Of a stretch of DNA of 64,000 nucleotides, positions 26,701-41,300 are shown one piece after another. The notes beneath the pieces are model-generated. The model searched no databases. It was given only the letters and a program-made list of their open reading frames with translations, and had not been told where the DNA came from. The position numbers and the translations under genes were made by a program. The first letter of the stretch is position 1; each line of letters opens with the position of its first letter. Source of the DNA: Phoronis australis (taxonomy: Eukaryota > Animalia > Phoronida); contig NMRA01000051.1 in the NCBI GenBank assembly GCA_002633005.1, positions 196,478 to 260,477 on the forward strand, written 5' to 3'.

Positions 26701-29700
26701 GAAGTTGACATTGCGTGAGTTGAATGATTGGCCTTTCGTGTCCAACCTGGATAGTTGTGTCAATAATTAACCAGATGGACGTAGAAATATACATTAAAGA
26801 ACAAGTTGTCTGACAAAAAGGTATAATATTGTTTCGAAAAACTACTTCGAAACATGAAAACTAATTACGACCAAATTGCGGCGATCGTCGTTATTGATTA
26901 AGGGTATGCTGAAGGCGGGGTTGCGTTATTTCTTTAATTTGTTGATGAAAATGCTTTCTAAACGAACCAGATCATCTGCTTGTATTTTTGACGACTTGAA
27001 GATATATTTGATATTAGTGGCTCATCGCATTTTGCTGTCATGTGCAACTTACACCTGGTTTAATTATTTGATCATGGATATTAACATCAAGCTTAGCGGC
27101 CTAGATCCTGCTAGGAACTACCCGGATTAATTGTTACTGTGTCAGTTATCTGCAAGAATGATTAATGTTATTAAAATCATGGTTCATTAAATCATACAAC
27201 AAGGATGTTATTGAAGCCAAAATTATTTTTGACCATCAATTCTACTTTCTTGGTTTTAGTAATTCTTGCACCTCTTTCATCTGTTAGGTTTGAAATATTA
27301 CTCTGGACCAAGTTGAATTTTAAAATAAAAACACCCAGTTCCTTCGTCCAAAGCATAACCTGAAAAACATAATCATCTCGCTTTAGACCTTAATGCCAAT
27401 CAAGCGGGCAGACCAAGCGTTCCTTCAGGGTCCTCGTTCATCCGAGGGGAAGGTGCCTGTGCTTTTTGAGAGTTTTTTTCGCTGAGTGAGAGGGAACTTC
27501 TACCTCTCGACCTACGTAAATAGTATCTCCGCAAGCTCTCATAAGCTCTTTCTAAAGTAGCATTTGGCTCTCTTTCAAATTGTGACCTGTTTGGGTTACA
27601 AATGATTTGAGCTTCGAGGGGAATGTGTGAGGCGCGTGATTTTTCAATATTTTTTGAGAGCAAGAGAGTTCCGATATTTGGCACCAAGATCGAGGGATTG
27701 AGGGCCCTGTCCTTTGGAAAGAAATTCATCAGTGTTTCAACCCGTAGCCATGACAACACAGCCGGGCTGGCCGAAGATTTACTGGTCGTGGCTATGACGC
27801 TTGGCAACCGAGATGTGAAAAAATACAATCAAACTTTCAAAAACATTTATCTGATTTACCCGGAAATATTATCCTTCGTCGCAGCGACGTATGGCGACCA
27901 CCCAAACGCTTTCGAATCTCAACGTCTTTAGGGATTGTAAAAAAGCCATTTGAATGTCCTTATTTTTTCAGCCCCCGTTCGAGTAACGCGGAACACGGCA
28001 ATGCCAATTAGCCATTTAACGGAGCTATTGTAGCGAGACTCGTTTTGGAGCGCGCTTCATGTCTGTGTGAATTTAGCGTATGGCATCTGTTTTACCCGCA
28101 TGGACTTTTATTTCAAGTCACTTTCAGATGTCCTCATGCTGTAGTTGCTCAAGTTCTGCTAGGGATCTCATATCTGGTTCCCAAATCAAATCCAAATTCT
28201 TGCTCAAAGTGGCTGACAGATTTCGAAAGGACTGGAATAGCATACCTATTTCAAAGCAAGCTTACTGCAAAACACAACCTAGAATTTTGAATTTTATCGT
28301 GCTATATTCGCGCCTCCTATTCTAAAATTTCAACTCTTAGAAAGTGCTGTCAGTTCGTTATTGCACGAGACCATGCTCCTCCCAAAAATCATCTAATGTC
28401 AAGTTATTTTTTACCATTGACTCAAATATCAGCGATACGTAACTTCTTCTCAAACCAATTACTTCAAGTTCTAGCTATAGGAACAGCGACGTGCCAGCTT
28501 TAAAATAGTGATTAGTAAACTTAGATTTTTTAACAGAACGCGGGTAGGCTAGGCAATGTAGCACTTGAAATTACTTGCGACTTCAGGTCCATAAACCTCC
28601 ACTTCACTGCGTTAAAATGCCTGCTCCACGGATCCGTATATACAAGTATTTACCATACACAGCTTTGTCACAATTGACCGCTTCAGTTGCAACATTTAGC
28701 AATAGCTCCACTATAATGACGACACAAGAACGCGGGAAGGCTAGGCTATGTAGCAGCTTCAATTACCTGAAACTTTAGGACCATAAACCTCTACTTCACA
28801 CAACGTTAAAGCCTCTTTTCCAAGTAGCCGTATATACAAGTATCTACCATACACAGCTTTGTCACAAGGGATCCCTCTAGTTTCACCATTAGCCAAAGAT
28901 TTATTATAACGATGACACAAGGGGTCGCTAGATGATATTTGAGAGCTGTTGGATACCCGGATATCAAAATTACTTAATCTTTCACCTAGAAAAACATTAA
29001 AACAGTTAACATTGTTTATATAACCAGAGTTACAAAGAAATTCGTTACAAACACAACGTTTCGCTTCATTAAGGAAAAACCATCTTCCTGGTAATAACGG
29101 TAAATATAACATGTTCAAAAAGAGTAGGGGAACAGCGAGTGCCCCATGGTTTAATTGACATTTGGTCTGTTTCGTGTGGCTAAGAACAAGGAGAGCGCGT
29201 CTACGTCACCAACAAACATCCAGTGTTACTTTGGGTTTTTCACTGGAGTGGACAATTTTTTGATCGTTACTCTGATTCACACCTAATGTGATGATTTCAC
29301 TTGGTCTTGTTTTCGTGTCAGTTGGAAAAGTGAACTTACTACCTGGAATAGCATTCGGTATTTTTAAATAGAACAAAGGCCAATTGGCACGAAAAAACAT
29401 TTCATGATGACTCATCGACGCTAAAAACACGAACATGAATAATTGTCAAAACATTTCAAAACATCATGAGTGGTAACATGGACGAAGGCATATGAGGAGT
29501 ATCGATATAACTTAAGATATACAGAGTGATTCCCCAAAACCCGAAACCATGATTTTTTAGTTGATTGTTCATCAAGCTATTACTTGTTGGTCCACTTAAA
29601 TGTCAGTCCAAGGCAGTGGGTGTTTATCGATGATAGTGGCCTTTGCAGACTTGCGATTAATGGCTCCTCACATATTTTATTCCAAACAGTGCGTACCAAA

Positions 29701-32700
29701 TTGATCTCTGTTGGTGACATTGACGAAGTTCACGGCAAAAATGTTTGCAAGGTCAACTCTCCACCAAGGCTTGTCTTCGTCGTCAGTGTGTGAACAGCTG
29801 CGCTTTGAATAGATAGACTCTTTGTTTCCATCAACAGCAAATGATGCCTCAGCATTGTCATAGGTGGATGACTGATTAGCAAACTTACCCAATGCAACAT
29901 TTGAACCAACTGTAACAAACATAGGAAACACAGATTAATTTATGGTCGCACCTGAGACTGTTTTGAATGAGAGATTATAACGCAGACACCCGCGCACGCA
30001 CACAGGCATACTCGCTGACTCCAAGCGTACTGACACACACACAGACCCACACACAGACACACACACACGCACGCACGCACGCACGCACACGCACATGTAC
30101 ATGCACACGCACATGCACGCAAATTCTTAGCTAATGCACAAAAGTATACACTCCGGTTTGGACCAGTCGTACACTGAATTCTGATGTCGGAACTGTACAC
30201 GTCATGACTGGAAAATAGACAACTTCCTGATCATGGTTTGAGGAAGTGATATTGTAACATCATTTTTAACATTTGTTAGTCTGCGCGTTACAAATTTGAC
30301 CTCCACATAAAAACTATTAAAACATTAAATCCAAGAATGTAGTATTCGACTGCATTTGATTGTAACAAAAAGTCAGATGAACATTTAATATAAATGGCAT
30401 TGACATAAATTAGTTAGGAAAAGACCTAAAAATGTTGAGTAAAAAAATAGAAAAATTCCTTGGTGTGTCAAAAAACAGCTATGCCTGCTGTTTTTCGCGA
30501 AACGAGACCAAACTGTATTTTGGGAGAGGAACAAACTTAATATGGTACAACGACGTCGACCTTGAAAGTATGTTTTGAAGATAGCCTTATTACTAAAAGA
30601 TACCAATTCCAGTCCCGTGCATTATGGTTAGGTCCGTAAAATGGAAAATAAAATTCACTAGATTACACATTGAAAATGTATTTTGCGAAAGGGGCAAATT
30701 TAAAACCACAGAAGGAAACCGTCGGTGAAAATTGGATCAGGCGCTCATTTATTACTAACGAATTTTTGCTGGCCCATGCAACTGGTCCAAATCCGTAAAA
30801 TAACGGTTGAATTGTTCTGCAGGGCGTCCTTCAAAAGCAAACTTGAGATGAAGACCCATTCTGAACCCTGTCGTAAAATTAAAGACCTGGAAAATCGCTA
30901 AACACGTAAAATGAAAATACAAATAAGTTGTTTGTGGCACATCAAAAACCAATACTGGATTATGGCTTTGGCCTAATTGAAGGGTCTCAAATAGCAGATT
31001 AAGAATGGCACACGGGTCTTCTCATCATTCTTATTTACACGACTGCGCTCTGATCATATTTTATTCTCGGAATTGGTCTTTCGTCTGCACTTTGCTCCCT
31101 TTCGAAAATACCCTTTTAATGAAACACTTATCGTTTCGTTACGCACAGCAAAAATAAAGAAAATGAAATAAAAGTTGTCCTAGATTATGCATGGCACGGT
31201 AAGGTTAAAGTTATCTTCTTTCCTGGTTATGTAATATTATAAACTAAAACAGTGAGACAAAATTTTCATGAGACTTATTTGACCGTATTACTACCAGCAC
31301 CTCTGTAAAAGGAACCGGCGGCCCCACAACTTCACGGCGGTGATTTCCCCTAATTTGTCACACCAGAGCTTGAACTGGATGACTAACTAGTGCCTACAAT
31401 CCATTACTACTGCTGTTTTATCTGCAATGTGTCGAGAAAGTAACTTACCCGAAAAATTTGTTACATTCATCGACCATGATTCATGCTCAATGCACATGGA
31501 GTAAAGCGTAGTGTTGTGATCAGGTAATTCGTAACCAGCGTCACATGTGAAGCGTACAGTTTAGTTCACGTTGACAAAGGTGTTCGTAGTGTTTGCAATG
31601 TTGAATTCATGTGTAGGCACTGTGCATCCCAAGGCTAAAAAGAGTGTTTTGGTCTTAAAAACAGTCTTGAGGCATATGGCTAGATCCTTAGTGTTTATCC
31701 TTTACTTTGATAATTTCTGGTGTTCACTCAGTGAATTCGCAACAATTTCCGGTTAACTACACAAAGATCCATCTTATTAACTATAATATACTTTTTTGAC
31801 AAATACATGTAGGTGATGTCTTTCATGCAAGCGGGTCCCGTTTTTTGAGTCTCCCTTTTCTTTCTGAACATATATTCAAAATGCATTTCGAATATGTAAA
31901 CGAACTCTATTGCTAGTATACTTGTTTCTGGAGCGGGACAAATAATCTATCTATCAATGCATCCATCTATTTACATACATACATGCATGCTCCTCTATCT
32001 ACGTTTCAATATACCTGTTTGTTTAATTGGATTACAGAGGCCCGCATGTCGAGGAGTGGGTGGTTTCTGGTAAACTCGAACGAGTTGATAAAGTACGTAA
32101 AAACAATCTAGACTATTCACTTGTTAAGAATTTTAAAACAACTGGGAGAAGAAAGAAATTGATGGTTATGCACTACATTTTGCTTAGAAACTTTAAAGCA
32201 TTTTCAAGTGAGAGTGCAGGTTAAACATCGAATGTTAAAATATTAACTTGAAGCCTGTTGATCCAGTGTGAATAAGGCATGCTAAGAATATGTTTCCACA
32301 TCACAGATGATCTGACGATATTAGTGAGGCATTCATGCAAGATTATGAATCTTTTCTATATTAATTGGTTCTTTGGTGCCCTTTTATACAATATTTTTTT
32401 TTATAAATTCAGGTCTCAGGGACATTTACAAAAACATAAGATGACCTAATTACTCCAACTATTTATGCAAAAGTTACAGATAAGGGCTTTCTGATAGATA
32501 AAATGGACAAATATGCATTGCGTAGCTTTGACATATACTGTAGATAGCTCATTACATTGGTTGTCGTGTAAGAGTTTTCATAAAAAAATTCCCAGAAAAT
32601 AAAAAATAGTGATGCTGATAAACGTAATATGTGTTTCCGAAAACAAGAGACATTGGAACACATTTTTGCGATTTAAAGGGTGTTCAAAACAAAGAGAACA

Positions 32701-35263
32701 TGTTAGTTCGAACACCTGTTTCACAGTTGTCACCACCAATATTTGGGGATGAAATAGTGGGATAATCGAGTTCAAGAGAGGGAATGAATTTGTAGGCACT
32801 GTACATCCCAATGCTGAAAAGAGCGTGTTGGTCTTAAAAAGAGTCCTGAGGGATATGACTGGATCCTTTTCTATCTACTACTTTCTGGTGTTCACTTCGT
32901 TGTTCGTTCATGTTTTAGTCTTTCTGTAACCAGGGTTAATACTCATTGAATTAGCAACAATATCATCTTAACTACACAAAGACCCATTTGCTTAACTACT
33001 CTGCTGACATATACATTTAGGTGGTGGTTTTCATTCAAACAGTTCAAAATATTTCAAAAGTATTCTAGTCATTATTTAAAATACATTTAAAAAGTTTTTC
33101 TTATAAGTAAACAATCACTAAATGCATACGTGGGAATACTTGTTTTGTAGAGCAGGCTAAATAAACTATCTATATATCCATATGTTTGCGTACATATATG
33201 TCTGTCTGTCTATTTACGTTTCCATTTACCTGTTTGCTTATTGAATTACAGAGGCCTGCTTATGGATGAGTGTGTGGTTGAACTGCGAACCACAATCAAG
33301 ACTCTATTTGTTAAGAATTTGAAAAAAAAACGACAACAATGAAATTCACGGTAAAGCACGACATTTCGCCTAAATAACTGCAAAGCATCTTCAAGGGACA
33401 ATGCAAGTTAAACATGAAGTGTCCAAATGGGAAGTCCGTTGAACTACTGTGAATACGATAAAGCAAAAATGTGTAACCATTGGTGCAAGGTGAAAAAGAT
33501 CTGGCGGGATAAATTCCGAAAATATAAAAATATCGCGAAGGAAGCTAGTGTGTTCACGCGCTACGCTCTAATACATGGCGATATCTCGCTTAGTCTTGAG
33601 AGATCCAAGGTCTTTGCGAAGTTCTCGCGTCAACGGAACACAAGCGTGGATGGCATTCAGTGACCTTGATGCTATTCTATGTAGCTCTCCTTGGTCTTAG
33701 ACTACTGAAAAGACACCGTCTTAACCTCTTATGCTTTTAAATATAATTAGTTTTAATTGTCCAAAGCAATATGTCTGTTACTTAATCGTTGGGTATTACT
33801 GGTTAGTTCCTAATCCGAACACAATATGGGTGGAGTTAGGTGTTTTACATTGGTCGATCGATCATTGGGAACTTGCTTGACTAGTTCCTTGCCGAAACAC
33901 CAGATGGGCAGAGGCATAAGTTTGTAAGTTAAATGTCTGTTAATCGATCGTTTGAAACTAAGCTTACCTGTCCGGCTCCTCTCACGAACAACAGATTGAC
34001 AGAGTTATAAGTGGGTGCAGGACTGCCCGTTTTACCCCCATGGAATTTTAATTCATGTCACTTTCAGATATCCTCGCACTGTAGTTGCCCAAGTTCTGCT
34101 AGAGAGCTCACATTGTGTTCCCAAATCAATTTTAAATTTTATTCTGTGATGTTCGCGCGTCCTATTCAGAAACAAGTTAATTAAGGCCACTTTCAGTTAT
34201 AAAAAAAGTCCCCTACTCAAAGCTAGAAGTAATCTCGAGGCTTGGAATGTACTGTCAGTTTGATATACCATAAGACCGTGCTTGTCGCAAGGAATCAGCT
34301 GCAGGTCAAGTTAGTTTTTTACCAATGACTCAATTATCCCCGATATGTTGCTTTTTCCCAAGCCGATTACTTCAATTTCTAGCTATAGGAACAAACACAA
34401 GCCAGCTTAAAAGTAGTGAGTGGTACAGTAACTTTTTCAACAGAAGACGGGTAGACTACGTAGCAGTTTCAATTACCTGAGGCTTTAAGTCCATAAACCT
34501 CCACTTCACACAACGTTAAAATGCCTTCTCCACTCCCACAGAGCTGTATATACAAGTATCTCTACCATACACAGCTTTCAATTAATAAAATGCCTTTGTT
34601 TACATATTCCCTGATTTTAAAGTTCGTACTTCTATTTTTGCCAAAAACAAATGTCTCAAGGGTTGTCTGATAAATGGGCAAACATCTATTTTGCAGCTTT
34701 GATATATACTGTGAATGGCTCATTACATTGATTGCCTTTAAGACTTTCCATTTGTATAGAAGTTAACAAATGAACTAGTTTCTTCAGAAAGAATTTAGTG
34801 ACCATGATACGTGTTGTGTGTATTACCGTAAACAAGAGACATTGGAACACCATTGCTAGTGGGCTCAGGAAAATAACATTCACAACTAAGAGACAACGTT
34901 ACTTTGAACTTGTTGCACAATTATCACGGCCAACATCCCAGAATTAAAAACTGGACAACTGGATTGAAAAGCAGGACTTAGGGATACAAAGAGGACATTT
35001 AGAATATTCCAAAACGCAAGAGTGAAATGTTTTTATTCAATATAATAGGTACGGTACAGATCATACAATTACAGATGAAATAACTTTTTTGTTCCAGTCA
35101 AGGAACAGTTAAGGTGTTAATTTACAGTGCTGATACGTACAAAGGAAATTGGATTAAAAACACAGAAGAGCATATGATTCATTCAGAATAAGCAAACAAG
35201 GTCAAGACCTTGCCAGCGCTCTATAAATTCACCATATTTCATTTTGTTTATATATATACATAC

Positions 35264-35315
<52 letters not shown>

Positions 35316-38300
35316 CGTTCAGTGGAAATGTACAATGCAAATTCTTTTTTAAACATTGCAAGGCAGGGATATTTGCACTTTAATCTTTGTTTATAAATGT
35401 GGTACTTTCCGAGACAAAGAGCCATACTTTGTAAAACTGCTTCCACCTGAACACCAAACAGAACTGATTGTATAGACAGATCTAAACTATGTCCAACTGC
35501 ATCCTCGAGCCAGTTATTTACATTAGTCCAAAATTGCTGAGTAACGTTACAAGACCAGAACACATGGATAATAGATTCAATTTCATTTAGGCAAAAAGTG
35601 CACAGTGAGCTATCAATTTTGCCAATCTTTTATAAAAATTTATTACAGCCTATTATTCTATGAACCAGTCTAAACTGGTACCATCTCAGAGAAACATCTT
35701 TGGTGAATGAATAGATGTAAGAAAAAACATTGTTGCACCATTCTGCAGTATCCGGGAGATTTAATTTTTCACTCCAATTCATTTGACACTTTGTTTTTCC
35801 ACAATTCTGAGAGACAATAACGAGGTAAATTTTATTTACTCCTTTGACATCTCCCAAAATAACTTCAATGTATCGTGAACTACGCGGTAAAATTACTTGG
35901 TGCTTTCCCTATCTGAAATAACTCCAGCTAGCTTATAATGAGCTTCGTAGACCGTAAAATAAAGTTACTTGAGGGGTAAAGTCAAATTTCTGTATAAACT
36001 TCTCATAATTAAGGAAACAACCACCAGTATTAAGTAAGTCGTGTACATGAGTTATGCCTTTTTGATACCACCGTTCATAGAAAACAGGTTTGTTATCTAT
36101 CAGTATATTTGAATTAAACTATAGAGGCTGATAAATATCATCGTTTTCGGGAACAATCTGAATTCATAGACACATTGAAAGACCTCTTTCAAAAATACAT
36201 TAGAAGTCATTTGGGACATCTTTGTAAAATAGAAATCCCCGAACATTAAGTAATTCTTGGAAACTCTTGTTAACAGACCGTTTGCTAAAACTACCCATGG
36301 GCTTGTAGTACTTTGACAAAGTAGTCTACGAAACCAAGTTAGTTTAAGGGCTTTTATAAAAGTGATGACGTCAATCATTCTAGCTCTTCCAACATTGTAC
36401 TCTTGAGCCATAATCTTGCGACATACTTTTTCCGTTTTATCGTTCCATATGAAACAGTAGAACATTTTGTTCAGCTCTTTCAGAAAGGACTGTGAAGGGG
36501 ACGGGAGACTTGTAAAAAGATGAACGAGTTTTGGCATAATTATCGATTTCACAACTGTTATTCTTCCAAAAAGTGTCAAGTTTCTTTTTCCCCACATGTC
36601 TATTGCCTTCTCTATTTCACCAAGCTTGCTGTTAAAATTAATGTGGGGAATTTTATTTAAATCACTGGAGAATTGAATACCCAGTAAAGTGAATTCTGAT
36701 GTTGCCTATTTCAGTTTTACTTCACAGCACATTATTGATAGCTACCCTGCATAGAACCTATCCAAATACAATTTTTTTCCAGATTAGACTTTAGACCAAA
36801 ATATATTGCAAAATGGTTTAAAATGTGAAGTGTTTTCTTCAGAGACTGCTCCGAGCCATCTAAAGATATAACCGTATCATCTGCATATTGCATCAGTTTG
36901 TATTCTACCTATCCGACCTGGATGCCCTTAACGCTATTGTCTAGTCTAAAAAGCCAGCCCATAATCTCTGAACATAGAATAAAAAGGTATGGTGATAACG
37001 GATCACCTTGCCTGCAACCACGCCCTGTGTCGAAAAAGTTAGATGTGACACCGTTTTGTATAACACATTGGTTTGCCCCTCTGTTTAGTATATAAACCCA
37101 TTTTTTATTGAGTGGCCAAAATTAAAGAATTTTAAACTTTGTCAATACAAAACCAAGATAAGGAGTCAAACGCCTTTTCAAAGTCCGCCAGTACAAGTAA
37201 ACCCGGTTTAATAAACTGCTCAATATACTGCATCAAGTCATAACTCTGCCTTGTATTTTTTGGTATGAAACGCCCAGAGAGGAAACCCATTTGGTCACGG
37301 TGTATTAACTTTTGTATTACAGAACGAACTATTTGGCAAATACAAGACGACAAAAGTTTGTAACTGATATTCAAGAGAGAGATAGGCCTCCAATTTTTTA
37401 TATTAGTTCTCGGTTTATTCCCTTTGAGTATGATGGTAATAACTCCTTGGAGTTGGGAGTTTGGAAGGAAGCCTCTTCTGAAACTGTGATTGTACGCTTT
37501 AGTAAGATACTTCGCTAGGTCGAGTGACATATTCGCCCACGATTTCACTTCAAACGTTGTGAGTCTAGGGGTTCTTATTTGTATCATGAATTTAATATAT
37601 GAAGGGTTTGGGAGATACAAGCATAGACCAAAAATTGCCCCTAGGATAGTTCAAGTCACTCAAAAATCCATATCCGCCGGCCCCTTCACAGTAAACTCCA
37701 ATTTTCAAAATCATCCTTACAGTGTTTGGTTGATAGATGGGTGGACACAAAAAAGACTAGAGAACATTAAACATGGCCACTAGATGGGGCAAAATACGTA
37801 GAATCCATCCGAAAACAGGAACATGTCATCGTTTCGTTAATAGGAAATTATTTACCATATTTCACAAAATCCTTCAAGGATCTTCAGAGAAACAGAGGAA
37901 TTGGAAAAATGATCTTGCCCCACAACGTTCGCTGGATCTGTCTGAAAGTCGTGGTCTTCCGATTTCGACTACATATGAATTGACTTGCTGCATAGGCTTT
38001 AGGAGATACAACCATGGGCGTAGAAAACTGCCACTAGGAGGTGCCACAAGTCGTCGGAAAATCGTCAGCCGCCCTCTTATCAGTAGGAACATACACACGT
38101 ATGATAATTTCTACAATCACGCTTAGAGTGCTTTGGTTGACAGAGGGGCAGATTCGAAAACAATAAAAATTCCACTAGGTAGCGCAAAGTACCCCCAAAA
38201 CCATCCGAAAACAGGAGGATAGCCTCATATCACTAATAGATGCCGAACTGCCGAATATGAAAATCCTTTGAGGACCTCCGAAAGTAAACATAAAAAACTA

Positions 38301-41300
38301 AAAATCCTACTAGGGGGCACACCTGTAATCAGTTAGGTCCGAAATTTGTAATCTTCCGTTGTAAGCTCATCAAGGAGTTTAGGAAATACATCTACAGACG
38401 CTGGACAACGGACGCCGCAAGCCCAGGCAGAGATGACGGCAATTTTCACCCACATATAAATATATGGCGCATAACAAGGACGTCCCAACAACGTTTTTTG
38501 TCTTACGAGAGACGTGACATGCAAAAACGCCCAACGACATTTTTTGTTTTGTTAGTCAAAAGAGAAATTACGGGTGCCGCAAAATCCCATGAAAAGTCCC
38601 GATTTTTTTGAGAAATCAGACTAGTACATAATACATGTATGTCAATTTCTCCTTGTGTAAAAACACGACATTTTGAAAATGTGTCGGGATGGCAGGTTAA
38701 ATTAGAAAAGTTGGAAAACCTCCAAGAGCGGGACAATTGGCAAAAACAATATATGCTGCAGCGAAGTATTGGATTAAATTGCTTTACAGGAATAATAATG
38801 AATTGATTTCACGGTTATATGTAAATACTACAGCTAACACCATTGCGCAGAAGTCGAAACACCAGAGCAACATGAATAATCAGACCAGAACAACAACTGA
38901 AATATGTAGTAATGCATACAAGCACACACACACATGCATAAACACATTGGCACTTTTCCCTAAACACACCTGTTCGTAGGAACTTAACTTTTAATTTAGA
39001 ATTGCAAAACAAAGTATAAAAAGCCGGTATATCTTCCTTTTTTAAAATATTGTGAAAAATGATTTAAACACATTGTTGGAAAACTCCTAACATACAATTG
39101 ATAGGTTGAAGAAAGTGGCTCTAAGACTGGATTTGAAAAGATAATTGGCTAAGAGAAGCACACGCAAAGCAAATGTTGCACTTGGTCATCGCACTTACCT
39201 TGCACGTTTAAGTGGACTTCAGGTGATTTTAAATTGATATTCGTCGCATAGCATCTGTACGTGCCAGAGGTTTTTACTTGCAATGCTACATACAAAGAAA
39301 AATGTATTTTTATCGACATAGGCATAAATATAGATTAATACATGGCGAAGTCGTTATTCCCCGTATTCTAGAGCCCGAGTGGATTTTGGAGAATTATCGC
39401 CCGAGGGGGTAACGACTGAGAACATGACATTGTAATAATATTTTTATACCCCATACTGAACAAGAAACATTGCAATGAATTGATCTGCCTTTGTCGACTC
39501 GCCTCGGCTTTGTAACTACTTTCTATGTCAGAGGGCCGGGGTCGGAGGTTGTGACCTTTTAAGAAAAGCTGAGCTATTTTTGTCAAATAATGCTTTTACT
39601 CAAAACCAATTAAAAATTTAGACAAAAATAGAAATAAAATGAATCTATAAACTAAGGTTTAGCAACTATAATAGCTTACTACACATTTTATCACGCTAAG
39701 CTTCGACCGTGAAAATAGCGTCTGCTAAAATAGGTTACCGCTGATAACTTAGTGTAATGATCAAGTCAAAGGATCCCGACGACACGATACCCGCATTCAA
39801 ATTGGAGATCGGTGATTTACAAGTGAGAGAGCATGAGAGAACAATTTCAGTGAATTGAAATAAATTTTCTTTGAAATTATACGTCTTATTTTCATAGCGT
39901 AAAAATGTCAGTACAATGCCCTTTGTTGAACATGCGAGTATTCTATTTTCACGCTCGATGACGTCAGCCGCTGAGTGGTGTATTGGTGGGAGCGGGTTCG
40001 AAACCGGCCTCGGTTCCCGCCAAAATGTTATCTCGCTAGTGATATAATTAAATAGGTTATTACACGGTTGTAATGTCCATTCGTGGGTAATATTGTGGTA
40101 TAATATATAATTACAATTATTATTAATTTTTTAACAAATATTATTTCATAATACCTTGAAGGAATATATTTTACAGAAAAATAATTTAGTGTGTGACATT
40201 TATAAGGAAAATTTTACTACAGCCTTTCCTGAAAAACACACAAACCCTTATGTTAAATAATCTAAATTGTAATTAAAATCCATATTTAGTAACTAAATCA
40301 GTAGAGAACTTTTTTCTGGCACCAAGGGAGGTTTGAAGGTGCCATTTATGCAAAAAAGCTTTTGTTGCAATTTGTTCTAGGTTGGGCCCTCTGGAGCCCT
40401 AGGATCACTGGACTATAAACTTTTTTATGTGATTGTGCTATGGCCCTGATACAAAAATTCCCACTGATTTGACCTCTTAATTTTTATGGGCATTCAAAGA
40501 TTTACGAAGAAAATACACGTTTTTTTGCAAACAGAAAACAGCAATTATTCAAAAAACAAATAGATTACACGCATATAGAGAAAATTCAAAATGAGATTAA
40601 GAAGTGATACACAAGGATTCCGAAGAAAAACTGATACAACTAATTTCGCTGCATCCATCATCGTTTTTTGCTTGAAAGTCAACTTTTATTCAAGGTATGA
40701 TTATGTGTCAGAACATATGCATGAATTGTGTTTTGATCCATGCTTTAAAACTACTTACTTCCTCCTTTAGGTTTTGTAAAAGCAACAAAATGTGAAAATC
40801 TTAATTTATTTACAGAAATGGGTAACATTTGGATGATGAAGTGTGAAACTTACTCGAATCCTTGTGCCTCAAAGCTCCATATTTTTATCATTATGCTTGT
40901 CATGGTAATCAGTCGCCATGGTAACAATTATGCCTTTCCACTTTCATATTAGCATGATTTAGGTTCTGCCAGCACTGCAGAAACATTGTTAAGTACATTC
41001 TATTTTGGTAAAATGACAAGAATCAGACTGAAAAGACTTGATATATTTTATGTAATAACTGTCAGGACATGTGATCAGTTTTCAAAATGCTAAAATCGTC
41101 ACTGGTGGGGCAGCACAGGCTAGAATTATTCGAAAACGGCATCTGCCATCGTTTACTGGATAGAAATATTTTGGTGAAATTGCATAAAACTTCAAAAAGC
41201 AATCTAGTTATAGAAACTGCCACCAGTGGGCCAGTAGCAGCGGGATTATCTAAAAAATTGAAGTCGTCACCATAGAAATATATTTGCAAAAAATATTGAA

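Larger units (their letters stand above)
21880..34580. repeat. Local segmental duplications carrying sushi and F-lectin exons
   Basis: Approximate paralogies: 21880-22820, 22826-23820 and 30180-31100; 24700-26190 and 30800-32290; 25520-26300 and 32790-33600; 26385-26615 plus 28085-28560 and 33795-34470. Confidence 0.85.

Noticed and set aside
39968-40020. tRNA-like A and B boxes (ggttcgaaacc)
   Set aside because: Too short and no cloverleaf; at most a decayed SINE head.
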